This document shows, piece after piece, positions 54,978 through 64,000 of a DNA stretch of 64,000 nucleotides (positions within the stretch are counted from its first letter, which is position 1; every line of letters begins with the position of its first letter). Both the position numbers and the translations under genes were made by a program. Below the pieces are notes generated by a model. It was not told where the DNA came from. It made no database searches and was given only the letters and a program-made list of their open reading frames with translations. Origin of the DNA: a virus. The stretch covers positions 1 to 64,000 of IMG/VR virus record IMGVR_UViG_3300017748_000001, one strand, 5' to 3'.

Positions 54978-57797
54978 CTATGTGATATTAATAGAATTGA
55001 CTGACTGTCCAGTGTTCAATGCAATTCTAACCAATGCAACATTTCCAGTCGCGTTTGTCAAGTTCTCTGTTCCCAATGTCATTCTGTAAAACCCGCTTAG
55101 TGTGGTGTTTGATTGTATTTTGTCCGAACCCGTAGACGCACAACCATTACTTCCGTTTCCTCCAGCAGCAGTATCCTCGCCAGGCACACCAGCACCAGCA
55201 TACTGAACTGAACAATCCAACCATCCGCTGATTGTACTGGAGTTATCTATTGTAGTGCCCGGCGCAGCAATCCAAATACCACTAATACCTCCAGAGGATA
55301 TATTGATGTTGAAGTTTGCGGTCACTGTTCTTCTGAACGCAAAAGTAAAATACTGAATTCCTGTGTCTCCACTTCTATCTGGCCCAACCGGAAGATATCC
55401 AGAAGTATAATCTGCGACACTATGAGATAATCTTCCTAGTCTTATAGTTGCCTCTTGTGTTCCCTCTACGCCCGGATCTGATGACTCTGTGTAAAGACTA
55501 TTTGTATAGTAATTTATTGAGTTACTTATAGAAGGATTATCCGTAGTCTCTGAAGCAAAATTAAATATTCTCACTCCATTATCATTAAAACCATCTCCCA
55601 GAGAAGAACTTACAGGTATAGATGTTTCGTTGATGCCTGTCTGGTTTGCGGTGTGAACCTGTAAAATCATATCATTAGTTTCATAACTGCCAGCACCGTT
55701 GACATTCAGACCTCTAACTTTTATTTTTTCCACAGACCGAACACTTGACGAAGTAATATTGACAGTCAAATCTCGTATGGTATATTGAGTATCTTTTGCT
55801 GTATTTGCATTCGGTATTCCTCCAGTCAAGAAAGAGTCTGGTGGATTGTCCACCTCAGAATAAGAATAATTTTCACTCGCAATAGAACTTCCACTTGTCC
55901 CTTCTAAGTTTGTGCTTGAAGAAACTTCTATCACACTATTAGTTACTCTATATGTTTGACCTATGAAGTTTGTTATTTGTATTCCGCTCCATGTAAGAGA
56001 TGACCCAGTATCGTAGTAGGGAATACCACTGATGTACTTGTATGTTCCAGTTTTTTCTGTTATAGTACCATTCGTAACTGTCGGTGTAGATGTCAGATCG
56101 TCTTTAACAAATTCTACTTTGTTTGTGCTTCCAGTTTCTGTATGTGTCAATTTAAAACTATTGATACCGTTTGGAATTGTGCTTGAGTCTTTTGATACCT
56201 TTGCCTTGAATCCCTTGTACAGATCCGGATGATATATGCTTGAATTGAAGATAGTTGTAGCACCTTCTGCGTTGAGAAGATTGTAGTCACTTTCTTGCGT
56301 GACAACTAAACTTCCATGTGTACCTGTGTTGCTTCCAGTAGTTAAGGTTACTGAACCGTCTGCGGCCTCATTCACTATAGCACTCAACGCACCAGAGTCT
56401 GCGTTATACGCAAATGAAGTTATCTCACTAGACTCAGTAGTTCCAGAAGTTGATGTAATTCTATTGACCTCATCTCCATCGGATTGAGTTGTGACTCCGG
56501 TGTTGTCGGTAAAACCGTGTGCAAGTCTTGGAGAAGAACCAACATCTTGAGTGAATGTGATTGTCTTTGTGTTCAATCCATTTGGAGGATCTATGTCATC
56601 ATCATACACCTTCAGAGAGAGTACGTTGTTGATAGGAATTACAGACGGATCTGCAGTTGTGTGAGTGTCCAACGTAAGTCTCAAAGTATCCCTTCCAGTT
56701 CCAGACTCGGTTCCTTGAGCCCATGTATGTTGTAGTCTGTCCCCGCTCACACCACCAGCAGCAGAATCACTTGCGATTGTATCGTCAGTAGAACCATCGC
56801 CCCAGTCCATAGAGTAAGTAACATCGCCCATTGATGTATTTGTTGTAAGATTTTCCATCCACAAAGAGTTTCCTTCTATGACATATAAATCATTCATAGT
56901 CAAGTGCGAACCACCGGAAGAGTTGCGATACAGTCTGAAAGCAACTGCCGGGTTTGCGGTGTAAATTATGATATAGTCTTCTCTGGTGTGGGAAGCTTCA
57001 CTTCCAGTTCCCGATCCCTGATTATGAAATGCTTTGACTGTAATAGTGTAAGGACTATCCGTGTTGGATGTGTATATGTGACTTGGAGTAGAGCTAGAAG
57101 AGCCGTTTGTTTGAGACCCATCTCCCCAATCTATATCATAACGATTTGGATTGCCGTCTGAAGTTATATTAAGAGTGACATTCAGACCTTCGCCACCAGA
57201 CAGTGGGTTTCCTGTGAACGAAACACTTTTGACAAATGTATTATTTCTGATATTATCTAATGCTTCATTGAGATCATCAATAACATCCGCAGTCTTCGCA
57301 GTATCCGATATTCCTATCGCACCGTCATCGTAAGTCCCATCTGTTGGAAGACCTATAGTCAACTCATTCGCGGTCAAAGTTGCACTGACTGATAGAGTTC
57401 CTACTTTAGTTGCTGAATCGTAATCAAATATTAAATTGCCATTGAATACGAGTTTCTCTACTTCGACATCATTTATTGCAACTCCAGAGACATCTGTTCC
57501 AGAAACTATCTGCGAACTTCCAACCTCTATCCAATTGTTATTGTGAGAATAGTAAAGAGAACCAGTAGATAAATCTTTTGCAAGTCTGCCACTTTCTGGA
57601 CTCGCAGGGAAGTCTGCGAAGGTTGCGAAATCTTCGTATTTAATTGCGCTGAGATTTGCTCGAAACTGATCTAATGTAGTAGTTCCAGTTCCACCACTCG
57701 CAACCTCAAGAACATCATCCTCGTTGAATTCTCCAAGGATAACTTCTCCATCGCTCTGAAATATGGCCTTTAACGGTCTTGGTGTATTAAATGCCAA
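54978..57797 (-). CDS. PKD-domain structural protein
   Basis: Two PKD signatures (YDIDWGDGS..HIY; YSMDWGDGS..HTW); TTG start with an AAGGAG SD. Confidence 0.7.
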   Translation of the reverse strand: MAFNTPRPLKAIFQSDGEVILGEFNEDDVLEVASGGTGTTTLDQFRANLSAIKYEDFATFADFPASPESGRLAKDLSTGSLYYSHNNNWIEVGSSQIVSGTDVSGVAINDVEVEKLVFNGNLIFDYDSATKVGTLSVSATLTANELTIGLPTDGTYDDGAIGISDTAKTADVIDDLNEALDNIRNNTFVKSVSFTGNPLSGGEGLNVTLNITSDGNPNRYDIDWGDGSQTNGSSSSTPSHIYTSNTDSPYTITVKAFHNQGSGTGSEASHTREDYIIIYTANPAVAFRLYRNSSGGSHLTMNDLYVIEGNSLWMENLTTNTSMGDVTYSMDWGDGSTDDTIASDSAAGGVSGDRLQHTWAQGTESGTGRDTLRLTLDTHTTADPSVIPINNVLSLKVYDDDIDPPNGLNTKTITFTQDVGSSPRLAHGFTDNTGVTTQSDGDEVNRITSTSGTTESSEITSFAYNADSGALSAIVNEAADGSVTLTTGSNTGTHGSLVVTQESDYNLLNAEGATTIFNSSIYHPDLYKGFKAKVSKDSSTIPNGINSFKLTHTETGSTNKVEFVKDDLTSTPTVTNGTITEKTGTYKYISGIPYYDTGSSLTWSGIQITNFIGQTYRVTNSVIEVSSSTNLEGTSGSSIASENYSYSEVDNPPDSFLTGGIPNANTAKDTQYTIRDLTVNITSSSVRSVEKIKVRGLNVNGAGSYETNDMILQVHTANQTGINETSIPVSSSLGDGFNDNGVRIFNFASETTDNPSISNSINYYTNSLYTESSDPGVEGTQEATIRLGRLSHSVADYTSGYLPVGPDRSGDTGIQYFTFAFRRTVTANFNINISSGGISGIWIAAPGTTIDNSSTISGWLDCSVQYAGAGVPGEDTAAGGNGSNGCASTGSDKIQSNTTLSGFYRMTLGTENLTNATGNVALVRIALNTGQSVNSINIT

Positions 57798-57808
57798 AGT
57801 ATATCTCC

Positions 57809-58096
57809 TTACCCACCAGCACTAACATTATCACTTCCTTCCAAGATAGCAGATCCACAAGATACCGGATCTCCTTTTCTTGCAAGAGGTTTTCCATTTA
57901 CATAAACAGTAGAAGATCCCACAGAAGTAACTCCACCGTGTTTCGATTTACCGCACTTATGAAGATTCCAAGAATCTCCTTTTCTGTGCGCTGCCTTTCC
58001 GTTTATAAAGACATTATTACTGCCCTTCACACAAGTCCTAGGCGCATAACATCCATGACCTGTACAAGAGTCTCCTAATCTAGTTACAGCTGACAT
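57809..58096 (-). CDS. PAAR spike-tip protein (T4 gp5.4-like)
   Basis: RLGD.C.GH, VFING.AAHRKGD, VYVNG.PLARKGD, conserved Cys/His zinc ligands. Confidence 0.93.
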   Translation of the reverse strand: MSAVTRLGDSCTGHGCYAPRTCVKGSNNVFINGKAAHRKGDSWNLHKCGKSKHGGVTSVGSSTVYVNGKPLARKGDPVSCGSAILEGSDNVSAGG

Positions 58097-60755
58097 ATAT
58101 TGGATATCCTCTTGTTGTAACTCTTTCTGGATTATCTTCGTAATAAGTCTGTTCGTCCACTTCTTCTTTACAATCCAATTTAAATTCTTCTATTCTTTCT
58201 AATCTTTCGTAAGTTTCTTCTTCGAAAGGATTACCTTTCGATAACTCTAGGAACTCTATTTCTTCATTAAATTGTTCCAGAGTAAGATTGGTTCTTCCTG
58301 CTCTATAATCCTTCGTCAGTTCGTCTATAGATTCTTGTATTGCAGTTATATTTGCGTCTACATCAAATCTATAATGGCCCAGACTTCTCATATGAGTCAA
58401 CCATTCGTATTGATCTTCTCTGTCAGATATACCTTCAGTATTTAATAAGAACCTATCTTTATCATAAGTATAATTATTATTTATGGGGAAAATTAAGTCA
58501 ATCTGTTTTATTAATCCGCTAGCCGTAGATAATTCTGATTCTAAAACTACCAACCCATTGACTCTTTCTAAACTTTCCAATACTATTCTCAATTCATCAT
58601 TCACAAATATTTGATTAGTTTCGGAAGAAATGAAAGAACCCTCTATATTATCTATTTCATATCTTATAATATTGAGATTTGTTGGATCTGCTCCAAGAAC
58701 AGAAAACTCTTTGGTGTAATTAAATAGAATCCTTGTCACCGTAGCGGAACCTTGTAAGTTGCCAGAACTATCTCTTTGTATTATATTGTCTCCAACAGAA
58801 AAACCAACGTCATCTATAATATCTATAGTTCCTTGTGTAGTTGCCCTTCCGACAATTGTAACCTCTACCTCTTTAACCTGCTCTGGATTAAAGTCATCAT
58901 AGTTAGTATCTATCTCTAAGTTCTGCGTCTTTATCCACGATTCATATGAATACTGATTTAGGAACTGTTCTGTTTCGCCTATATTGCCACTAATAATTCC
59001 ATTGTTGATTGTTAAACAATTAGGCAATCTGCCATTTACTACTTCATACACAAAATTAAAAGTATCTCCTATTGCGTTTTGGTCTAAATCGTGGAATACT
59101 GGATCAAACTCAAAAAGTTTCCCAAACGCAGAATCTCTTCCTACAACACTCTGAGAAAATCTATATTCCTGATCTACATTTTCTGCAGTAGTCTCCTTTA
59201 TGTATTCTGTTTCCATGAGTCTGATGCTATTACTCATAACCATAACATGAGGAACGGTATGGCCCAAATGAGATCCTCCATTTACTGGATGATTTGACTC
59301 TGGTCTATAATATAATGTCTCGTGTGGCTTTATTGAATCATGAGACGTTAAGTTAGTCGATAAGAATAAATCATTGATATACTCATAGACTGTATCATAT
59401 TCTTTAAAGTATCCAGCATATCTTGCTTCTAGAGAATTGTAGAATATGAATACTTCTCCTGCTTCTGATACAACATATTTTCCGCCAAACTTAATCTCTT
59501 CATATCTAAACTTAAAGATATTCTTATCTGGGGTGTAAACTTTTGTTTGAATAAACTGTTCGTCTGGGATATATGCGGTATCAGTAGAAGTTTTAATATA
59601 TGGAACATACCCAAGATAATCCTGATAATCTTCCAGTTCAATATAGAATATACTACGAACAAAAGTCCTGTCACTATCTGAAATATATTTTGGCGACAGA
59701 TCGATAGTTATATCATTCTTTTCTTGTGTGTAAAATTGAGTTTCAATTACAAGATCCGAAATGATTTCATGATGTTCACCTGATGCTGTTTGTCTTGGCA
59801 TATATCTTTGGAAGAAATTATTAATTGGATGATATTCTACATTAGGACTTCCGTATATTAAATTCTGAGCCTCATACACCCTATCTACATCGTTATCAAA
59901 AAACATAGAATCGTCTATCTGTTCTATCGTATCTTTAAACTCTAGATAGTAAAGACCAGTTTCTGGATTTTGTAGAATGGGAACAGTTTCTTCAAAAGTG
60001 GCCTTTTCTATTTCTTTGTATATTCCCCTTTCTTCTATATCTAAAATAAACGAACTCTTATTTAGTGAGAAGTCTTCTAGTCTAGATTTAATCAATAGTT
60101 CAGTAACAATATTTAAATTGAGAGTTCCGTCGAGAGGATTTAGTGCGGATTTAACATCTTGACTACTTGTGCTAAAATAAAGTGCCCGAAGTAATTGTTT
60201 AGATTCTATATCTCCAATTCCAACTTCTTTTATCTGATCCTCAACTATATTTAAATTTCTAAGGGCGTACTCTTTCTTTCTTTCAAATAAATCTAGAGTC
60301 ATAGATGAATATGCTAACAATTGCACTTGAATTTTTGCACTTACTTCTTCGTAAGACATTCCAGTAGAAAGAAGATTATCCAGAGATTGATATATTTCTG
60401 AAGTATATTTTGTGTTTATAAGATTGGTGTTGTCTTCTACATTAAAAGAAGAACCCAAGATATATTCTAAGTTATGCTCGGGGGCATCGAAAAATATATT
60501 GTATCTTTCTCCACTATAGACTTCCTTGGTATCAAATGAAGTAGAAGTAACTCGGTCAAGATAATCGCTGTACTTAAATGGATCGTAGTAAATATTTTGA
60601 CGCTCAGAAAACCCATCAACCATGTCAATGACATATTCTTTGAAGTGGTTCTCATAAGTAATATCAACTTCGGAAGCCTCAGTATAGATAAATGAAGACA
60701 TACGAACTGTCTTCGCTTTCGTTATTATATTACCGGATCCAAAAAATACTGGCAT
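58080..60755 (-). CDS. Large hypothetical protein, probably tail/baseplate-associated
   Basis: 891-aa ORF overlapping the PAAR start; Ig-like stretch YEVVNGRLPNCLTINNGIISG. Confidence 0.6.
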   Translation of the reverse strand: MPVFFGSGNIITKAKTVRMSSFIYTEASEVDITYENHFKEYVIDMVDGFSERQNIYYDPFKYSDYLDRVTSTSFDTKEVYSGERYNIFFDAPEHNLEYILGSSFNVEDNTNLINTKYTSEIYQSLDNLLSTGMSYEEVSAKIQVQLLAYSSMTLDLFERKKEYALRNLNIVEDQIKEVGIGDIESKQLLRALYFSTSSQDVKSALNPLDGTLNLNIVTELLIKSRLEDFSLNKSSFILDIEERGIYKEIEKATFEETVPILQNPETGLYYLEFKDTIEQIDDSMFFDNDVDRVYEAQNLIYGSPNVEYHPINNFFQRYMPRQTASGEHHEIISDLVIETQFYTQEKNDITIDLSPKYISDSDRTFVRSIFYIELEDYQDYLGYVPYIKTSTDTAYIPDEQFIQTKVYTPDKNIFKFRYEEIKFGGKYVVSEAGEVFIFYNSLEARYAGYFKEYDTVYEYINDLFLSTNLTSHDSIKPHETLYYRPESNHPVNGGSHLGHTVPHVMVMSNSIRLMETEYIKETTAENVDQEYRFSQSVVGRDSAFGKLFEFDPVFHDLDQNAIGDTFNFVYEVVNGRLPNCLTINNGIISGNIGETEQFLNQYSYESWIKTQNLEIDTNYDDFNPEQVKEVEVTIVGRATTQGTIDIIDDVGFSVGDNIIQRDSSGNLQGSATVTRILFNYTKEFSVLGADPTNLNIIRYEIDNIEGSFISSETNQIFVNDELRIVLESLERVNGLVVLESELSTASGLIKQIDLIFPINNNYTYDKDRFLLNTEGISDREDQYEWLTHMRSLGHYRFDVDANITAIQESIDELTKDYRAGRTNLTLEQFNEEIEFLELSKGNPFEEETYERLERIEEFKLDCKEEVDEQTYYEDNPERVTTRGYPIYVSCN

Positions 60756-60756
60756 C

Positions 60757-63753
60757 TTATAACCTTATATCTCTACTTATTCCAAGTCTATCTATGAATG
60801 GCCCAATGAATTGATCAGTAGTTGCGATTCTAAATGGCCGCAGTTTATAAAATGTCATCGTTCCGTCTCGGAGTTGTATAATCCCCTTTGTCTCAAAGTC
60901 ATCATTTACCTCATCCGGATCCTGGCCATCGTCTGCGTTGTCTAAAGGAGTCTCTGATTCACCAGAACCATCACTAATATTTCCCGCATCAGTTTCAGTT
61001 TCGTCTGCCTCATCTGTTATTTCGCTTACTTCATCTTCAGCGTCATCAGAAGAATCCCCTATGTTTGTTGGATCATCTTCGACTACATCTGTAGAATCTC
61101 CTATGATAGATGGATCCTCTTCGAAATCATCAGTAGAATCGCCGATCTGAGATGGCGTCTCTTCAACAACATCAGACGAGTCTCCAGTGTCTGTTGGTTG
61201 TTCTGTTCCAATATCAGAGGAATCTCCGGTGTCTATTGGTTGTTCTGTTCCAACATCAGCAGAATCGCCAGTATCGCTCGGATCTACTTCGCCAAGATCG
61301 GCAGAGTCTCCTGTATCTTGCGGATCTACTTCTCCAACATCAGCCGAGTCTCCAGTATCTTGAGGATCTACCTCACCAACATCAGCAGAATCCCCAGTAT
61401 CTTGAGGATCTACCTCACCAACATCAGCAGAATCCCCAGTATCTTGAGGATCTACCTCACCAACATCAGCAGAGTCTCCGGTATCGCTTGGATCTACCTC
61501 ACCGACATCTGGAGATATCGCAGTGTCTTCTGTAACTTCTATCGCATCTTCTGGAGATATAGACACATCCGGAGCATCTTCTAATACTTCATCTGCTGGA
61601 TCTGATATATCGGATGCTTCTTCCTCTGCCTCATCAGAAGATAGCCCGACATCCGATATCGGATCCACTGCGTTATCTGGTGGCGCAACAGTGTCAGAGG
61701 ATTCTTCTAAACTTTCATCAGAAGATACGCCAACATCAGTTATTGGATCAACCGCACTATCTGGCGGTGCAACAGTATCTTCTATTTCCTGTTCTGCAAC
61801 TTCTATTTCTGGAGAAACTTCTCCCAGTTCGTCTTCTGCTAGTTGAGTTGATTGTGAAGAATCTTCTGTAGTATCTTCGCCCTCAATTGTTGTGGTTGAT
61901 TCGTCATCTATAATGGTTTCATATTCTAAAACATCAGAAGTTCCTTCTTCTGAAGTGTCTTCTCCAGTGACTGCCGAATCTGTTTCGTCAGATCTTTCTT
62001 CTTCTCCAGTAACTGTAGAAGTTGATTCATCATCTACTGTGGCCTGACCCAACACTGTATCATCAGTCGCGAACAGTCTTAGAATATTATCTACAAATTC
62101 ATTCTCTTCAGTAGACACAAAATTCAATAAATCTTGTATCTCTAAAGTGCCTTCTGTAAAGTCAAGATCTCTTAATTCTGCGACCACATCATCAAATGAC
62201 GATCCTATTATAAAGCTTTCAAAGTTGTTCTCTAGTTCTGATATGAGAGTTTGATCTAGAAGTTGAACTCTATCAGTATCCTCTATTAAATTCTGAACAT
62301 TTTCTAGGAATGTTTCCACAAAACTTACAATATTAAGATTGACCAGAGTATCTAATAGAGTTGTTTCCGCAAGATCATACTGGAATTCTGATTGCTTTTC
62401 TAATTCTTCGATTAGGGTTTTCGCAAAGACATCATCAACATCTGTTATCTCTGTTCTTCTTATGGTTTCTAGATCAAATGATTCTTGTTCTTCGCCAAAT
62501 AATCTCTGAAGGGCATCAACTAATAATTCTTCTTCTGCTGTTACTAGAGTTTTAATTAATGCCTGTTCGACAAATTCCGTGACCAATTGAGTCAATACTT
62601 CTACTATTTCTGCTTCTTCGCCTAACAATCTATTAAATAAATCATCGACAGTTTGCAATCCGACAGATCGTATCGTAGATAAGGATAATGATTCTGGAGC
62701 AGTTATAGGTTGGAATGATTGTAACGATTGATCTACAATATCAATTAGTTCGTCAATTGGTTGAGGATCTTGTACATCAATGATCTCGCTCAATTCTTGA
62801 AGAACATTATCACTTATCTCTGTAGATTCTAAGAAATCCGCAAAGGCCTGTTGCGATAGATCCGGATCGTCTGAACTTTCTCCAAGTTGTTGTTGGATTG
62901 ATTGTAATAATTCTTTCGTTTCTATTAGTGTTTGTTCTCTTCCTTCCAGAGTTTCTGATACTTCTGTTGTTTCTGGGGCCTCTGTAGTTTCTGTTATCTC
63001 AGAAAACAACTCATTCAATCTAGTGGTGAATGATTCCTTTAATTGTTCAGAAGTATTCTCTACATCAGTTAATAAAGTTTCTTCGGAGTCTGAAGTGAAT
63101 TGTTGGAGTAGTGTATCGTCATTTAAAATATCTTCTACAATATTTCTAGAAGTGTCATTTATTATTTCTCGGAAACTATCGAATATTTGACCTATCGAAC
63201 TTAAATCTATTTCGCCCGAAGTATCAGTATCTACAAATCCAGCTTTCTGTAAAACTTCTAATATTAGATCTGGTTCTATTTGATTTATCGGAGAAGTCGC
63301 GGAACCTCTATTTGCAGAAATCGCGTCGGATAAACTAGAGGCAACAATAGAAGTAAGAATTTCTGATATTCTTGTATTTTCGTCGTTAGATTGACTAGAG
63401 AATTTCGCTGGTTCATTTGCGAGAGGATCATTTATCTCGACACTCCAAGAAAAAGTGTCTGCGACTTCGTAAATAAATCCAGATACTCTTTCAAGAACTT
63501 GAACTTCGTATGCGACAGGCTGATTTATTACTTGATGATTGACTTCTAATCTTAGTCTATCACCATTCTGAACTGATACTACATTTCCCCAGAAAATGTC
63601 ATCCACATACATGAACGCACTTAAGGATACGAGTACAATAATATCATCTAATCCAGAGATGACAATTTCATTTGAACCAACTGATTGTGGTTGAGCATTT
63701 AGTTGGGTTTCAACATAATCCTCAAATAAAAATATTGTTTTATAATCTGGCAT
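60757..63753 (-). CDS. Extremely acidic repeat protein
   Basis: 998 aa, D/E-rich, with a 14-aa repeat array and a probable beta-sandwich N-terminus. Confidence 0.7.
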   Translation of the reverse strand: MPDYKTIFLFEDYVETQLNAQPQSVGSNEIVISGLDDIIVLVSLSAFMYVDDIFWGNVVSVQNGDRLRLEVNHQVINQPVAYEVQVLERVSGFIYEVADTFSWSVEINDPLANEPAKFSSQSNDENTRISEILTSIVASSLSDAISANRGSATSPINQIEPDLILEVLQKAGFVDTDTSGEIDLSSIGQIFDSFREIINDTSRNIVEDILNDDTLLQQFTSDSEETLLTDVENTSEQLKESFTTRLNELFSEITETTEAPETTEVSETLEGREQTLIETKELLQSIQQQLGESSDDPDLSQQAFADFLESTEISDNVLQELSEIIDVQDPQPIDELIDIVDQSLQSFQPITAPESLSLSTIRSVGLQTVDDLFNRLLGEEAEIVEVLTQLVTEFVEQALIKTLVTAEEELLVDALQRLFGEEQESFDLETIRRTEITDVDDVFAKTLIEELEKQSEFQYDLAETTLLDTLVNLNIVSFVETFLENVQNLIEDTDRVQLLDQTLISELENNFESFIIGSSFDDVVAELRDLDFTEGTLEIQDLLNFVSTEENEFVDNILRLFATDDTVLGQATVDDESTSTVTGEEERSDETDSAVTGEDTSEEGTSDVLEYETIIDDESTTTIEGEDTTEDSSQSTQLAEDELGEVSPEIEVAEQEIEDTVAPPDSAVDPITDVGVSSDESLEESSDTVAPPDNAVDPISDVGLSSDEAEEEASDISDPADEVLEDAPDVSISPEDAIEVTEDTAISPDVGEVDPSDTGDSADVGEVDPQDTGDSADVGEVDPQDTGDSADVGEVDPQDTGDSADVGEVDPQDTGDSADLGEVDPSDTGDSADVGTEQPIDTGDSSDIGTEQPTDTGDSSDVVEETPSQIGDSTDDFEEDPSIIGDSTDVVEDDPTNIGDSSDDAEDEVSEITDEADETETDAGNISDGSGESETPLDNADDGQDPDEVNDDFETKGIIQLRDGTMTFYKLRPFRIATTDQFIGPFIDRLGISRDIRL
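61048..61509 (-). repeat. 42-nt in-frame tandem repeat (11 units, 14 aa DVGEVDPQDTGDSA)
   Basis: 61381-61422 and 61423-61464 are identical; units degenerate toward the C-terminus but keep GDS. Confidence 0.9.
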
Positions 63754-63769
63754 TAGGTTCTCTGGATAT

Positions 63770-63796
63770 AAAAAAAGGAGACATAGGCCTCCTTTT
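63770..63796 (-). terminator. Intrinsic terminator
   Basis: GGAGGC-CTAT-GTCTCC followed by T7. Confidence 0.7.
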
Positions 63797-63818
63797 ATTT
63801 ATGACGATTTATTGAGGT

Positions 63819-64000
63819 CTAAGTCCTAACAACAAAATCCGAATAGATAGGATTGATAGGGCCACCTCTTACTAGAACAAATATTCTCATACCGTTTCCA
63901 TAACTCTGCGTAGATTGCATACCTACATAAGATCTGGATGCAGAACTTGATGAAGTATCTGTTCCGGTGTGCCAAGAATATATGTCTCTGTAGTTAAGAA
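63819..64000 (-). CDS. 3' end of a paralog of the 1975-aa protein (5'-partial)
   Basis: Not in the ORF track. Manual translation ...SRSYVGMQSTQSYGNGMRIFVLVRGG...VVRT* aligns with RRLYKALMSTKPFGNGMRVLTMVAGYG. Confidence 0.7.
   Translation of the reverse strand, partial: LNYRDIYSWHTGTDTSSSSASRSYVGMQSTQSYGNGMRIFVLVRGGPINPIYSDFVVRT

Noticed and set aside
61048-61509. CRISPR-like array
   Set aside because: The 42-nt units are contiguous, in-frame and lack unique spacers, so this is a coding tandem repeat
1312-62555. The many short plus-strand ORFs in the track
   Set aside because: All overlap well-supported minus-strand genes, lack promoter or SD support, and read as antisense shadows
1-64000. 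tRNA, rRNA, photosynthesis AMGs and host assignment
   Set aside because: No cloverleaf or rRNA sequence and no host-diagnostic gene was recognised, so the host cannot be called from this window

Overview
This window is a 64-kb segment of a T4-like (myovirus) dsDNA phage genome, probably marine and host unknown, with every credible gene on the minus strand. In coordinate order it contains: (1) a partial HExxH/vWA protein; (2) a translationally coupled four-gene operon at 1533-5762 (C5-cytosine MTase-like enzyme, CmoA-like carboxy-SAM synthase, DUF262/HNH-like protein, glutaminase-less asparagine-synthetase-like ligase) that reads as a carboxy-SAM-dependent DNA cytosine hypermodification system, with the MTase motif-X Asn replaced by Arg; (3) T4 core genes gp46, gp47, gp55, uvsW, uvsY and gp3; (4) a 7-kb cassette of three beta-propeller appendage genes between gp3 and gp23; (5) the intact head/tail/neck block gp23-22-21-68-67-20-19-18-17-16-15-14-13; (6) about 31 kb of structural-looking genes: six more members of the appendage family (nine in total share an N-terminal helical module), a segmented coiled-coil fibre, a 1975-aa protein with a partial paralog at the window edge, a PKD protein, a PAAR protein and a very acidic repeat protein. 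Thirteen intergenic TATAAATA late promoters, four sigma70-type promoters (one a perfect consensus pointing antisense to uvsW) and five intrinsic terminators are visible, plus a candidate late small RNA after gp23. No tRNA, rRNA, CRISPR array, intron, intein or reverse transcriptase was recognised. All family assignments come from motif recognition by eye; no database search was run.
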